The notes beneath the pieces were generated by a model that did not search any database, had not been told where the DNA came from, and saw only the letters and a program-made list of their open reading frames with translations. 46,360 bases of DNA from Raillietiella orientalis (taxonomy: Eukaryota), in contig JAYWIR010000071.1 in the NCBI GenBank assembly GCA_036172245.1, forward strand, positions 372,001 through 418,360, written 5' to 3'. Below, piece by piece: positions 37,372-46,360 of this stretch. How positions within the stretch are numbered: the first letter of the stretch is position 1; every line of letters starts with the position of its first letter. Made by a program: the position numbers and the translations under genes.

Positions 37372-40300
37372 ATGGCCACCTTCCTGTCGACTGTCAGGAG
37401 CATCAACATCACCTCCTGGAACGTGAATGGATTGTGGACCCCGGAGAAGAGACGGATGGTCACGCGGACCATCGAGCGTGACCACATCGTGTGCCTTCAG
37501 GAAACCCACGAGCTCGAACATCAGACCATCTTGGAGCTGGAACGACGACTGGACGCCCAGCTGTTCGTGAGCCCGGGCCAGAAAAGGACCAAAAGCGTGG
37601 CGATGCTCGTGAAGAACGAGATCGCACACACCATCCTGGAAACCTTTTCACCTTGGCCCGGCCGAATCGTCGGAGTGAGGATGTCCTGGTCCGGAAACGT
37701 TCACCTGTTCCTGGTGAACGTGTACGGGCCACACCGTGGAAAACATCGCTGCGCGGAGGCCGTGCAGTCTCTGCTTCGCAGCAAAGCTTCGGCAAAGGAC
37801 ATCGTGATCGTCGTGGGTGACTTCAACATGCTGGACAAGATAACGCAGTCCAAGGATGCACGGGGAAGAACGGCGTATCGGCGGCTGTCGGACGAGTTCG
37901 GCCTGCAATGGCTGTCTGCCGCGAGCAAGCCGATCGACCACGTCCTCTTCAGCGAAGACATCGCGAATCGTGTGCAAGGCTTCCGGGAGTCTCCATCCGT
38001 ACTCTCGGATCATCCCCTGCTACGATTCACGCTGAAAACAGAGAACCCCCGAAGAAAGGAAGGCGCGCGGGCTGCATTAGTATGCATGCCCGCATGGTTC
38101 CAGACGCATCCCTGTCACCAGGAATTGATCGAGGCGATCCTGCGCAGCACCACCATTCGCAGGGTCGCCGACTGGGACAGGTTGAAGCGAACCATCCATC
38201 TGTTCAGTAATATGCAATACGGCGACAGGAAGATGAGGACGGAAGCGTACCGCGAGCTGGAACAGCAGCAAGATCGCTCGTTCTCGAAGTACTGGCCCCA
38301 GTACGAGAGCCGGTACGTCTTCAAGACGGTCAAAGGAGAAGTTGGAGTGCTGGAAAGGAGGAACATCGCCAGCGACGTTTTCTCCATCCGGCACGCAGAT
38401 GAAGTCAGGCACACGTCCGAAGGAATCGCGGAGGCGTTCCACCATCATTACGCCTCGCACTTCCGACGAAGACTTCTGTGCCCGACAGAACAAGAGAACA
38501 TTCTGCGGTACCTGCATCCGCGTGTAAGGAAAGAACACCAGGAAAAGATGGAAGCCGAGATCTCCCCAGAGGAAATCAAGATCGCTTTCGCTGGACTGCG
38601 CAAGGATGTGGCGGCAGGTCCCGATAGTGTTCCCATCTCGCACTCTCAGCGGTACCTGCACGCCTACCTTCGCTTGTTCCACGAACTGACAAACGCCATC
38701 CAGGAAGAAGGAAGACTTCCAGCATCGTTCCACGAGGGAAGGATGAAACTGCTGCCGAAGGGAGGCGACCTGATGGAAGTCACCCAATGGCGGCCGATCA
38801 CCATCCTTAACACGGATGCCAAGTGGCTGGCGAAGATCTGGGCCAACCGCTTAAGAATGGCGATGCCATCCGTCGTGTCTGCTACGCAGACATGCGCGGT
38901 GCCCGGACGAAGCATGACTGCGAACGTGAAGTGCGCCCTGGCCACCATCGGTTATTGCCGATACGTGGGCGAAGACCTGGTGCTTGGGCTCACGGATATG
39001 GAGAAGGCGTTCGACACCGTGGACCACTCGATGCTGCTGAAGATCTTGAGGAAACTGGGCTTCCCAAGCATCTTCATGCATTACCTGGAATGGACCCTGG
39101 CGGAGCAAATCGTGAAGATCAGGATCAACGGACTTGAGACGGCAGCAATTCGGATGGAAAGGGGTGTCCGCCAAGGTGACGCCCTGAGCCCGATGCTGTT
39201 CGTGCTGTACATGGAGGCGGTGTCCGCGATTATAGATCGGGGCAGCCGCCTCCAAGGAATAAAAATCGACAGCCAGCAGCTGACACACCTTGCGTATGCG
39301 GACGATCTGCTGTTCTTCCTGAAGGACGAACGTGATCAGGAAGCATTCCTAGGTGTTGTCAAGCAGATGGAAAATGGACTAGGACTCCAGATCAACTGCC
39401 AGAAGAGCCACCTGCTGCCAATCGGGATCATGGACCTCTCAGTACTTCAAGAGGCCGGATTCCGAGCGGCTGACACCGTCAAGTACCTGGGTATCCGCCT
39501 CGGCGAAGAGACTGCGTCTTGCTGCCTGTGGCAGGAGATCCTGGGTAAGGTCACCGACGAAGCCACCAAGTACACCAGAGTCGACTTCAACATGAAGCGG
39601 AGGGCTGCCTTGTGGAACGGAGTGCTCCTTCCCAAGGTTCTCTACGGAGCAGCCTTCTGCCGAATGGACAAGAAAACAAAGGAAGAACTGGAAAGGCTAC
39701 AAAGAAAGATCCTCTGGCGGGAGTATAGACCCAGGGTACGGCTGAAACTTCTGTGCCGCCCACGCGAACACGGTGGGACCGGGATGAAGCTGCTGCAACA
39801 CTCCGTGGAATGCATGGATGCGCGGCAGCTCCTGGATCTCACCAGAAGTTGGGAAGACTGGCCCTATGCAGCGCACCGGGCGTACTCGAAGCTGTTGAAC
39901 GGCTCGAGAGGCCTGATGTCAGCGCTCATAGGTGCCACAGGACAATGGATCAACATCGACCCTACGTGGAAGCGGAAGCAGGCACTGGTGAGAACCCAAG
40001 GGTTCAAAATCGTGCCTCGCAGCTCCGAGATATGGGACGAAGAACTGGCCATGGTGATACCTCACTTGATCCCGATGCCAAGGGAGACGGTGAACTGGTT
40101 GAACCAAAGGCCTAGATTGAACATCCGACGGTGCGAGCAGTTCGCTACCAGTGCCAGCCGGCACCAACTGCGACTGCATCGCCTGACCACGACCTTGAGG
40201 GGTGGTTTCAATCATCGCACCCGGGAACTTTGGAAAGAGCAGCCGCAGGAGTCGTGGCTGCTGATGACCAAAGATAACATCAGGGTGGAAACGGCGCGAA

Positions 40301-40899
40301 AACACCAAGACCTGGATGCCCTCAACGCAGCCTCGTGCCGTTACGGCCCAGCACATGCCAATGTGGTGGCCGTCGGGGCTGCACTGATGAGGAGCGACCT
40401 ACCTCCGGACACTCAGGACGACCTCCTGTTGTTCTTCAACGGAGGCATTCTGAGTGGATCCAGATTGCGGCACTGGACCGGGAGACAACAAGATGGATTC
40501 TGTTTGGCGTGTGGGGAAGAGGAAACCCAACTCCACGTACTCACCTGCCCCACGCTGCGTCCGGACTGGAAGGCGGTAAAGGCGGTGACGTGCCTGCAGA
40601 GGAAGACTGCGATGCAGATCCTGTGGGGATTGTTTCAGGGGACAGGAGTGGTTCCCCTGTACAATCCGATGGTTTTGACGACGCTGGCCCTCTTCATCAC
40701 AGCCATTGTGATAAGAAGGGCCAAGATGTACACACAGCGACGACAAGTGCCGGCTTGGGACATTCTCAGCGGCCTTGTTCGGAAGGAAATCGGGATTAGG
40801 AGTTGCGGAAGAATCGCCGCCTGGACGTACCGTTACATCTTGATGAAGATGGTCGAGTACTCCCAGGCACAAAGGACGATCCCACCCTCCGCCCCTTAA
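37372..40899 (+). CDS. ORF2p: apurinic-like endonuclease + reverse transcriptase + C-terminal zinc motif (intact, 1175 aa)
   Basis: APE motifs: SWNVNG, LQETH, NVYGP, GDFN, IDH, SDH. RT motifs: WRPITILNTD, DMEKAFD, GVRQGDALSP, YADD, KYLG. C-terminal CLAC..ETQLHVLTC. Confidence 0.97.
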   Translation: MATFLSTVRSINITSWNVNGLWTPEKRRMVTRTIERDHIVCLQETHELEHQTILELERRLDAQLFVSPGQKRTKSVAMLVKNEIAHTILETFSPWPGRIVGVRMSWSGNVHLFLVNVYGPHRGKHRCAEAVQSLLRSKASAKDIVIVVGDFNMLDKITQSKDARGRTAYRRLSDEFGLQWLSAASKPIDHVLFSEDIANRVQGFRESPSVLSDHPLLRFTLKTENPRRKEGARAALVCMPAWFQTHPCHQELIEAILRSTTIRRVADWDRLKRTIHLFSNMQYGDRKMRTEAYRELEQQQDRSFSKYWPQYESRYVFKTVKGEVGVLERRNIASDVFSIRHADEVRHTSEGIAEAFHHHYASHFRRRLLCPTEQENILRYLHPRVRKEHQEKMEAEISPEEIKIAFAGLRKDVAAGPDSVPISHSQRYLHAYLRLFHELTNAIQEEGRLPASFHEGRMKLLPKGGDLMEVTQWRPITILNTDAKWLAKIWANRLRMAMPSVVSATQTCAVPGRSMTANVKCALATIGYCRYVGEDLVLGLTDMEKAFDTVDHSMLLKILRKLGFPSIFMHYLEWTLAEQIVKIRINGLETAAIRMERGVRQGDALSPMLFVLYMEAVSAIIDRGSRLQGIKIDSQQLTHLAYADDLLFFLKDERDQEAFLGVVKQMENGLGLQINCQKSHLLPIGIMDLSVLQEAGFRAADTVKYLGIRLGEETASCCLWQEILGKVTDEATKYTRVDFNMKRRAALWNGVLLPKVLYGAAFCRMDKKTKEELERLQRKILWREYRPRVRLKLLCRPREHGGTGMKLLQHSVECMDARQLLDLTRSWEDWPYAAHRAYSKLLNGSRGLMSALIGATGQWINIDPTWKRKQALVRTQGFKIVPRSSEIWDEELAMVIPHLIPMPRETVNWLNQRPRLNIRRCEQFATSASRHQLRLHRLTTTLRGGFNHRTRELWKEQPQESWLLMTKDNIRVETARKHQDLDALNAASCRYGPAHANVVAVGAALMRSDLPPDTQDDLLLFFNGGILSGSRLRHWTGRQQDGFCLACGEEETQLHVLTCPTLRPDWKAVKAVTCLQRKTAMQILWGLFQGTGVVPLYNPMVLTTLALFITAIVIRRAKMYTQRRQVPAWDILSGLVRKEIGIRSCGRIAAWTYRYILMKMVEYSQAQRTIPPSAP

Positions 40900-41054
40900 C
40901 CCTAGGAACACATACAGACCAATTGTGAAAGTGAAATGTATCACGGTCATACAGACATTAAAAGTTTTAATGAATGTGAATTAGGATGATTGGAGTGAAA
41001 GGAATTTTGTTGGTTGCAATAAATTCACCCCACCGCTTGTCGGACTTGGGGACA

Positions 41055-41195
41055 ATCTTGGTCACCATGGAGATCCCTCCAGAGTGAGGCTCGATCATTG
41101 CACTGCGATTGGGCTGACCTCTGCGATAACCCCAAACGTGGGTTACTCGGAAGCATAATTTTTAGGCTGGGAGACTGCGTTCGCGCGGACTCCTG
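41055..41195 (+). ncRNA. U1: 5'-truncated U1 snRNA sequence (nt 23-163) between the two element copies
   Basis: Identical by eye to 35528-35668. Lacks the ATACTTACCTG splice-site recognition end. Confidence 0.93.
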
Positions 41196-41333
41196 CGAAT
41201 TTCTTCAAAGTAAGTGGTTTTTTTCGAGTGCTGTGTGGAAAGTGGTGCCACAGAAAGGGACCGTGGACTTTGCCCTACCACCCAGTGTGCGGAGGAGGAC
41301 GTTGCCCCACGGGATCGGCCCCAGTGGGGGAAA

Positions 41334-42887
41334 ATGGAGGCGGTGGACGTCTCCACATGTGCGAGGCCGGTAGAGGCGCTGGCGGCGACATCGGCGGAAG
41401 GGCCGAACGCAGCGTGCGCGGGAGCGGCGTCCCCTGCAACGCTCGTTGCGACGCCCGTATCGATCCGCCCTGCGTCGTACGCGGCGGCAGCAGCGGCGGC
41501 GCCACCTGGCGGTTGGAATGCGGCGGCGGTGAAATCGGTCGGTTTTCCGGGAGTGCCTCCGGCAAAACCGAGGATCCCTGTCCAACCAACAAGGTACATC
41601 CTGGACGACGAGGATGAGCCTATACTCGTCCTGCCGGCAGATGTCAAGCCGGTAGTTTTTAACTGCGGTCCCCTTCGTTTGGCAAACGTGAAGGACATTT
41701 AAATCGCCCTTCATCAGAAAAACGTCGATATGGACGTAAGTTTCAGGCCGTGATTCCATGTGGGAACGGTTTCATTTACCACGTCGTGCGATCACCCTCA
41801 TCGAGGCACTTTACGATCACGGCTTGACCATCAGTGGGAAGCTATTCCGTGGGTAGGAGAAACCTCACGACGACAGTGTACCTGAAAGGGTTTGACTTCC
41901 ACACCAGCAAGAAGTCATCAAGAACCTGTCACCGTACGGGAAGTCCCTGCATCTGGAGATACGGAACCAGTTTGGTGAGATCTTCTCGGAGAAGGACACG
42001 CAAGATGCGCCTGTGCAATGCACGCAGATGCCTGGCGTGGCTTACATCGACGCGTATTCGCAATCGGTGATGTTCAAATACAGGCAACAACCTGTATTTT
42101 GCGCTGGCTGCAAGACGTTTGGGCACCGCATCGGAGCATGCCCTAGGGCTCAATGTCACCGATGCGGCCAGCGAGGCCACTTCTTCCGGGAGTGCAACCA
42201 GCCCATAAAGTGCTACTTCTGCGGCTTGTCTGGTCATTCGAAGAAGGAATGCAGGCGATACGCCGCAGGGAGGGACGCACAGGGGCTGCCACCATTAACG
42301 GTGGAACCGCAAGTGCAAACGGAAGAGGAGAAGAAGACTCCTTCGGCCGAGGTGACTGCCAGGAAGGCGGCAGAACTCACCGAAGGGAAAAAGAAGCCCG
42401 CAAAGGGGAAGAGACAGACAGCACCACAACCTTCTGTGGAAGCGCCGGCGGAAGAGGCCGAGCCAGCCAAGGAAGCGGTGGAAATACAAGCTGCAGAGTT
42501 GGCGGAAGTTGCCAACGTAACAGCAGAAGTGCAAGAAGTCGCGAAAATCGTGCAGGAAGCAGTACCCAGAGAAGCGAAGGCAGAAGCTCTGGAACGCATC
42601 AGCCGGGTGGAGGCCTCCATCAACGAGCGCGTTCCAGACGCGGCCAAACGCTTCCAATTGGAAGAAAGGATGCTGGAAGTGAAACAGCGCTTCGCCAGAG
42701 GGGAGCTTGAGGATCTGCAATATGCAGTCCCTCGAAGCGTCCTTAATGAAACGAGGCACTCAATCGCAGACAGCACCGACTACGTCGGGTCAGAAAGCGA
42801 CGTAGGAGATCAGCGAGACGCAAAGGGGGGACGACAACGTCTCCCAAGAAGAAGAAGAGCAAGAGGAAGAGCAGGTCCTCCAACTAG
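41334..42887 (+). pseudogene. ORF1 of copy 2, disrupted
   Basis: TAC>TAA stop at 41700-41702, a cluster of small indels at ~41735-42020, and a G-run shift near 42830. Confidence 0.8.
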
Positions 42888-42893
42888 TCCCCT

Positions 42894-45800
42894 ATGGCCA
42901 CCTTCCTGTCGACTGTCAGGAGCATCAACATCACCTCCTGGAACGTGAATGGATTGTGGAACCCGGAGAAGAGACGGATGGTCACGCGGACCATCGAGCG
43001 TGACCACATCGTGTGCCTTCAGGAAACCCACGAGCTCGAACATCAGACCATCTTGGAGCTGGAACGACGACTGGACGCCCAGCTGTTCGTGAGCCCGGGC
43101 CAGAAAAGGACCAAAGGCGTGGCGATGCTCGTGAAGAACGAGATCGCACACACCATCCTGGAAACCTTTTCACCTTGGCCCGGCCGAATCGTCGGAGTGA
43201 GGATGTCCTGGTCCGGAAACGTTCACCTGTTCCTGGTGAACGTGTACGGGCCACACCGTGGAAAACATCGCTGCGCGGAGGTCGTGCAGTCTCTGCTTCG
43301 CAGCAAAGCTTCGGCAAAGGACATCGTGATCGTCGTGGGTGACTTCAACATGCTGGACAAGATAACGCAGTCCAAGGATGCACGGGGAAGAACGGCGTAT
43401 CGGCGGCTGTCGGACGAGTTCGGCCTGCAATGGCTGTCTGCCGCGAGCAAGCCGATCGACCACGTCCTCTTCAGCGAAGACATCGCGAATCGTGTGCAAG
43501 GCTTCCGGGAGTCTCCATCCGTACTCTCGGATCATCCCCTGCTACGATTCACGCTGAAAACAGAGAACCCCCGAAGAAAGGAAGGCGCGCGGGCTGCATT
43601 AGTATGCATGCCCGCATGGTTCCAGACGCATCCCTGTCACCAGGAATTGATCGAGGCGATCCGCGCAGCACCACCATTCGCAGGGTCGCCGACTGGGACA
43701 GGTTGAAGCGAACCATCCATCTGTTCAGTAATATGCAATACGGCGACAGGAAGATGAGGACGGAAGCGTACCGCGAGCTGGAACAGCAGCAAGATCGCTC
43801 GCTCTCGAAGTACTGGCCCCAGTACGAGAGCCGGTACGTCTTCAAGACGGTCAAAGGAGAAGTTGGAGTGCTGGAAAGGAGGAACATCGCCAGCGACGTT
43901 TTCTCCATCCGGCACGCAGATGAAGTCAGGCACACGTCCGAAGGAATCGCGGAGGCGTTCCACCATCATTACGCCTCGCACTTCCGACGAAGACTTCTGT
44001 GCCCGACAGAACAAGAGAACATTCTGCGGTACCTGCATCCGCGTGTAAGGAAAGAACACCAGGAAAAGATGGAAGCCGAGATCTCCCCAGAGGAAATCAA
44101 GATCGCTTTCGCTGGACTGCGCAAGGATGTGGCGGCAGGTCCCGATAGTGTTCCCATCTCGCACTATCAGCGGTACCTGCACGCCTACCTTCGCTTGTTC
44201 CACGAACTGACAAACGCCATCCAGGAAGAAGGAAGACTTCCAGCATCGTTCCACGAGGGAAGGATGAAACTGCTGCCGAAGGGAGGCGACCTGATGGAAG
44301 TCACCCAATGGCGGCCGATCACCATCCTGAACACGGATGCCAAGTGGCTGGCGAAGATCTGGGCCAACCGCTTAAGAATGGCGATGCCATCCGTCGTGTC
44401 TGCTACGCAGACATGCGCGGTGCCCGGACGAAGCATGACTGCGAACGTGAAGTGCGCCCTGGCCACCATCGGTTATTGCCGATACGTGGGCGAAGACCTG
44501 GTGCTTGGGCTCACGGATATGGAGAAGGCGTTCGACACCGTGGACCACTCGATGCTGCTGAAGATCTTGAGGAAACTGGGCTTCCCAAGCATCTTCATGC
44601 ATTACCTGGAATGGACCCTGGCGGAGCAAATCGTGAAGATCAGGATCAACGGACTTGAGACGGCAGCAATTCGGATGGAAAGGGGTGTCCGCCAAGGTGA
44701 CGCCCTGAGCCCGATGCTGTTCGTGCTGTACATGGAGGCGGTGTCCGCGATTATAGATCGGGGCAGCCGCCTCCAAGGAATAAAAATCGACAGCCAGCAG
44801 CTGACACACCTTGCGTATGCGGACGATCTGCTGTTCTTCCTGAAGGACGAACGTGATCAGGAAGCATTCCTAGGTGTTGTCAAGCAGATGGAAAATGGAC
44901 TAGGACTCAAGATCAACTGCCAGAAGAGCCACCTGCTGCCAATCGGGATCATGGACCTCTCAGTACTTCAAGAGGCCGGATTCCGAGCGGCTGACACCGT
45001 CAAGTACCTGGGTATCCGCCTCGGCGAAGAGACTGCGTCTCGCTGCCTGTGGCAGGAGATCCTGGGTAAGGTCACCGACGAAGCCACCAAGTACACCAGA
45101 GTCGACTTCAACATGAAGCGGAGGGCTGCCTTGTGGAACGGAGTGCTCCTTCCCAAGGTTCTCTACGGAGCAGCCTTCTTCCGAATGGACAAGAAGACGA
45201 AGGAACAGCTGGAAAGGCTACTAAGGAAGATCCTCTGGCGAAAGTATAGACCCAGGGTACGGCTGAAACTTCTGTGCCGCCCTCGCGAGCACGGTGGGAC
45301 CAAGATGAAGCTGCTGCAACACTCCGTAGTATGCATGGATGCGCGGCAGCTCTTGGATCTCACCAGAAGTTGGAAAGACTGGCCCTATGCAGCGCACCGG
45401 GAGTACTCGAAGCTGTTGAACGGCTCGAGGGGCCTGATGTCAGCGCTCATAAGTGCCACAGGACAATGGATCAACATCGATCCTACGTGGAAGCGGAAGC
45501 AGGCACTGGTGAGAACCGAAGGGTTCAAAATCGTGCCTCGCAGCTCCGAGATATGGGACGAAGAACTGGCCATGGTGATACCTCACTTGATCCCGATACC
45601 AAGGGAGACGGTGAACTGGTTGAACCAAAGGCCTAGATTGAACATCCGACGGTGTGAGCAGTTCGCTATCAGTGCCAGCTTGCACCAACTGCGACTGCAT
45701 CGCCTGCTCACGACCTTGCGGGTTTGTTTGAACCATCGCATTCGGGAACTTTGGAAGGAGCAGCCGCAGGAGTTGTGGCTGCTGATGACCAAAGATAACA

Positions 45801-46360
45801 TCAGGGTGGAAACGGCGCGAAAACACCAAGACCTGGATGCCCTCAACGCAGCCTCGTGCCGTTACGGCCCAGCACATGCCAATGTGGTGGCCGTCGGGGC
45901 TGCACTGATGAGGAGCGACCTACCTCCGGACACTCAGGACGACCTCCTGTTGTTCTTCAACGGAGGCATTCTGAGTGGATCCAGATTGCGGCACTGGACC
46001 GGGAGACAACAAGATGGATTCTGCTTGGCGTGTGGGGAAGAGGAAACCCAACTCCACGTACTCACCTGCCCCACGCTGCGTCCGGACTGGAAGGCGGTAA
46101 AGGCGGTGACGTGCCTGCAGAGGAAGACTGCGATGCAGATCCTGTGGGGATTGTTTCAGGGGACAGGAGTGGTTCCCCTGTACAATCCGATGGTTTTGAC
46201 GACGCTGGCCCTCTTCATCACAGCCATTGTGATAAGAAGGGCCAAGATGTACACACAGCGACGACAAGTGCCGGCTTGGGACATTCTCAGCGGCCTTGTT
46301 CGGAAGGAAATCGGGATTAGGAGTTGCGGAAGAATCGCCGCCTGGACGTACCGTTACATC
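42894..46360 (+). pseudogene. ORF2 of copy 2, single frameshift, incomplete at window end
   Basis: Same APE-RT sequence as copy 1. One T is missing after 43662 (GATCCGCGC vs GATCCTGCGC). Could be a sequencing error. Confidence 0.8.

Larger units (their letters stand above)
35528..41054 (+). mobile_element. U1-associated Tx1-clade non-LTR retrotransposon, copy 1 (5527-bp repeat unit)
   Basis: Unit defined by direct identity with 41055 onward. It contains U1 nt 23-163, ORF1, ORF2 and a 155-bp 3' UTR with AATAAA (41018-41023) but no poly(A). Tx1/L1 assignment rests on the ORF1 CCHC knuckles, APE+RT ORF2, QTCAVPGRS and C-terminal CxxC..H..C motifs. Confidence 0.92.
41055..46360 (+). mobile_element. 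U1-associated Tx1-like element, copy 2 (runs off the window end)
   Basis: Near-identical tandem repeat of 35528-~40840. Confidence 0.95.

Noticed and set aside
37270..40950. Many overlapping antisense and alternate-frame ORFs across the Tx1 element
   Set aside because: Expected shadows of GC-rich coding sequence, with no motifs.
1..46360. Prokaryotic systems (CRISPR array, retron, group II intron, DGR) as an explanation for the RT plus ncRNA pairing
   Set aside because: Spliceosomal introns, U1 snRNA and an APE-RT/zinc-knuckle architecture identify a eukaryotic non-LTR element. No repeat-spacer array was seen.

Overview
Eukaryotic DNA from an invertebrate animal, probably an arthropod (AT-rich, many 42-60 bp GT-AG introns). 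Host genes: (i) a nine-exon, minus-strand pepsin/cathepsin-D-family (A1) aspartic protease homologue at 4802-8480 whose two catalytic DTG motifs are degraded; (ii) a nine-exon DNAJC3/P58IPK gene at 28982-32225; (iii) a possible small membrane-protein gene at 27207-27658. Much of the rest is decayed Tx1-clade non-LTR retrotransposon debris, plus a 28S rRNA pseudogene fragment and a perfect 62-bp inverted repeat. The main finding is at 35506-46360, a head-to-tail array of a young Tx1-like element (zinc-knuckle ORF1, APE-RT ORF2) fused to U1 snRNA sequence. A full-length U1 (35506-35668) runs straight into copy 1. Copy 1 ends without poly(A) exactly at U1 nt 23, and U1 nt 23-163 heads copy 2 (5527-bp unit). 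This fits a U1-targeting retrotransposon that carries and regenerates its own target site. All protein and RNA family calls come from motif recognition by eye; no database searches were run.
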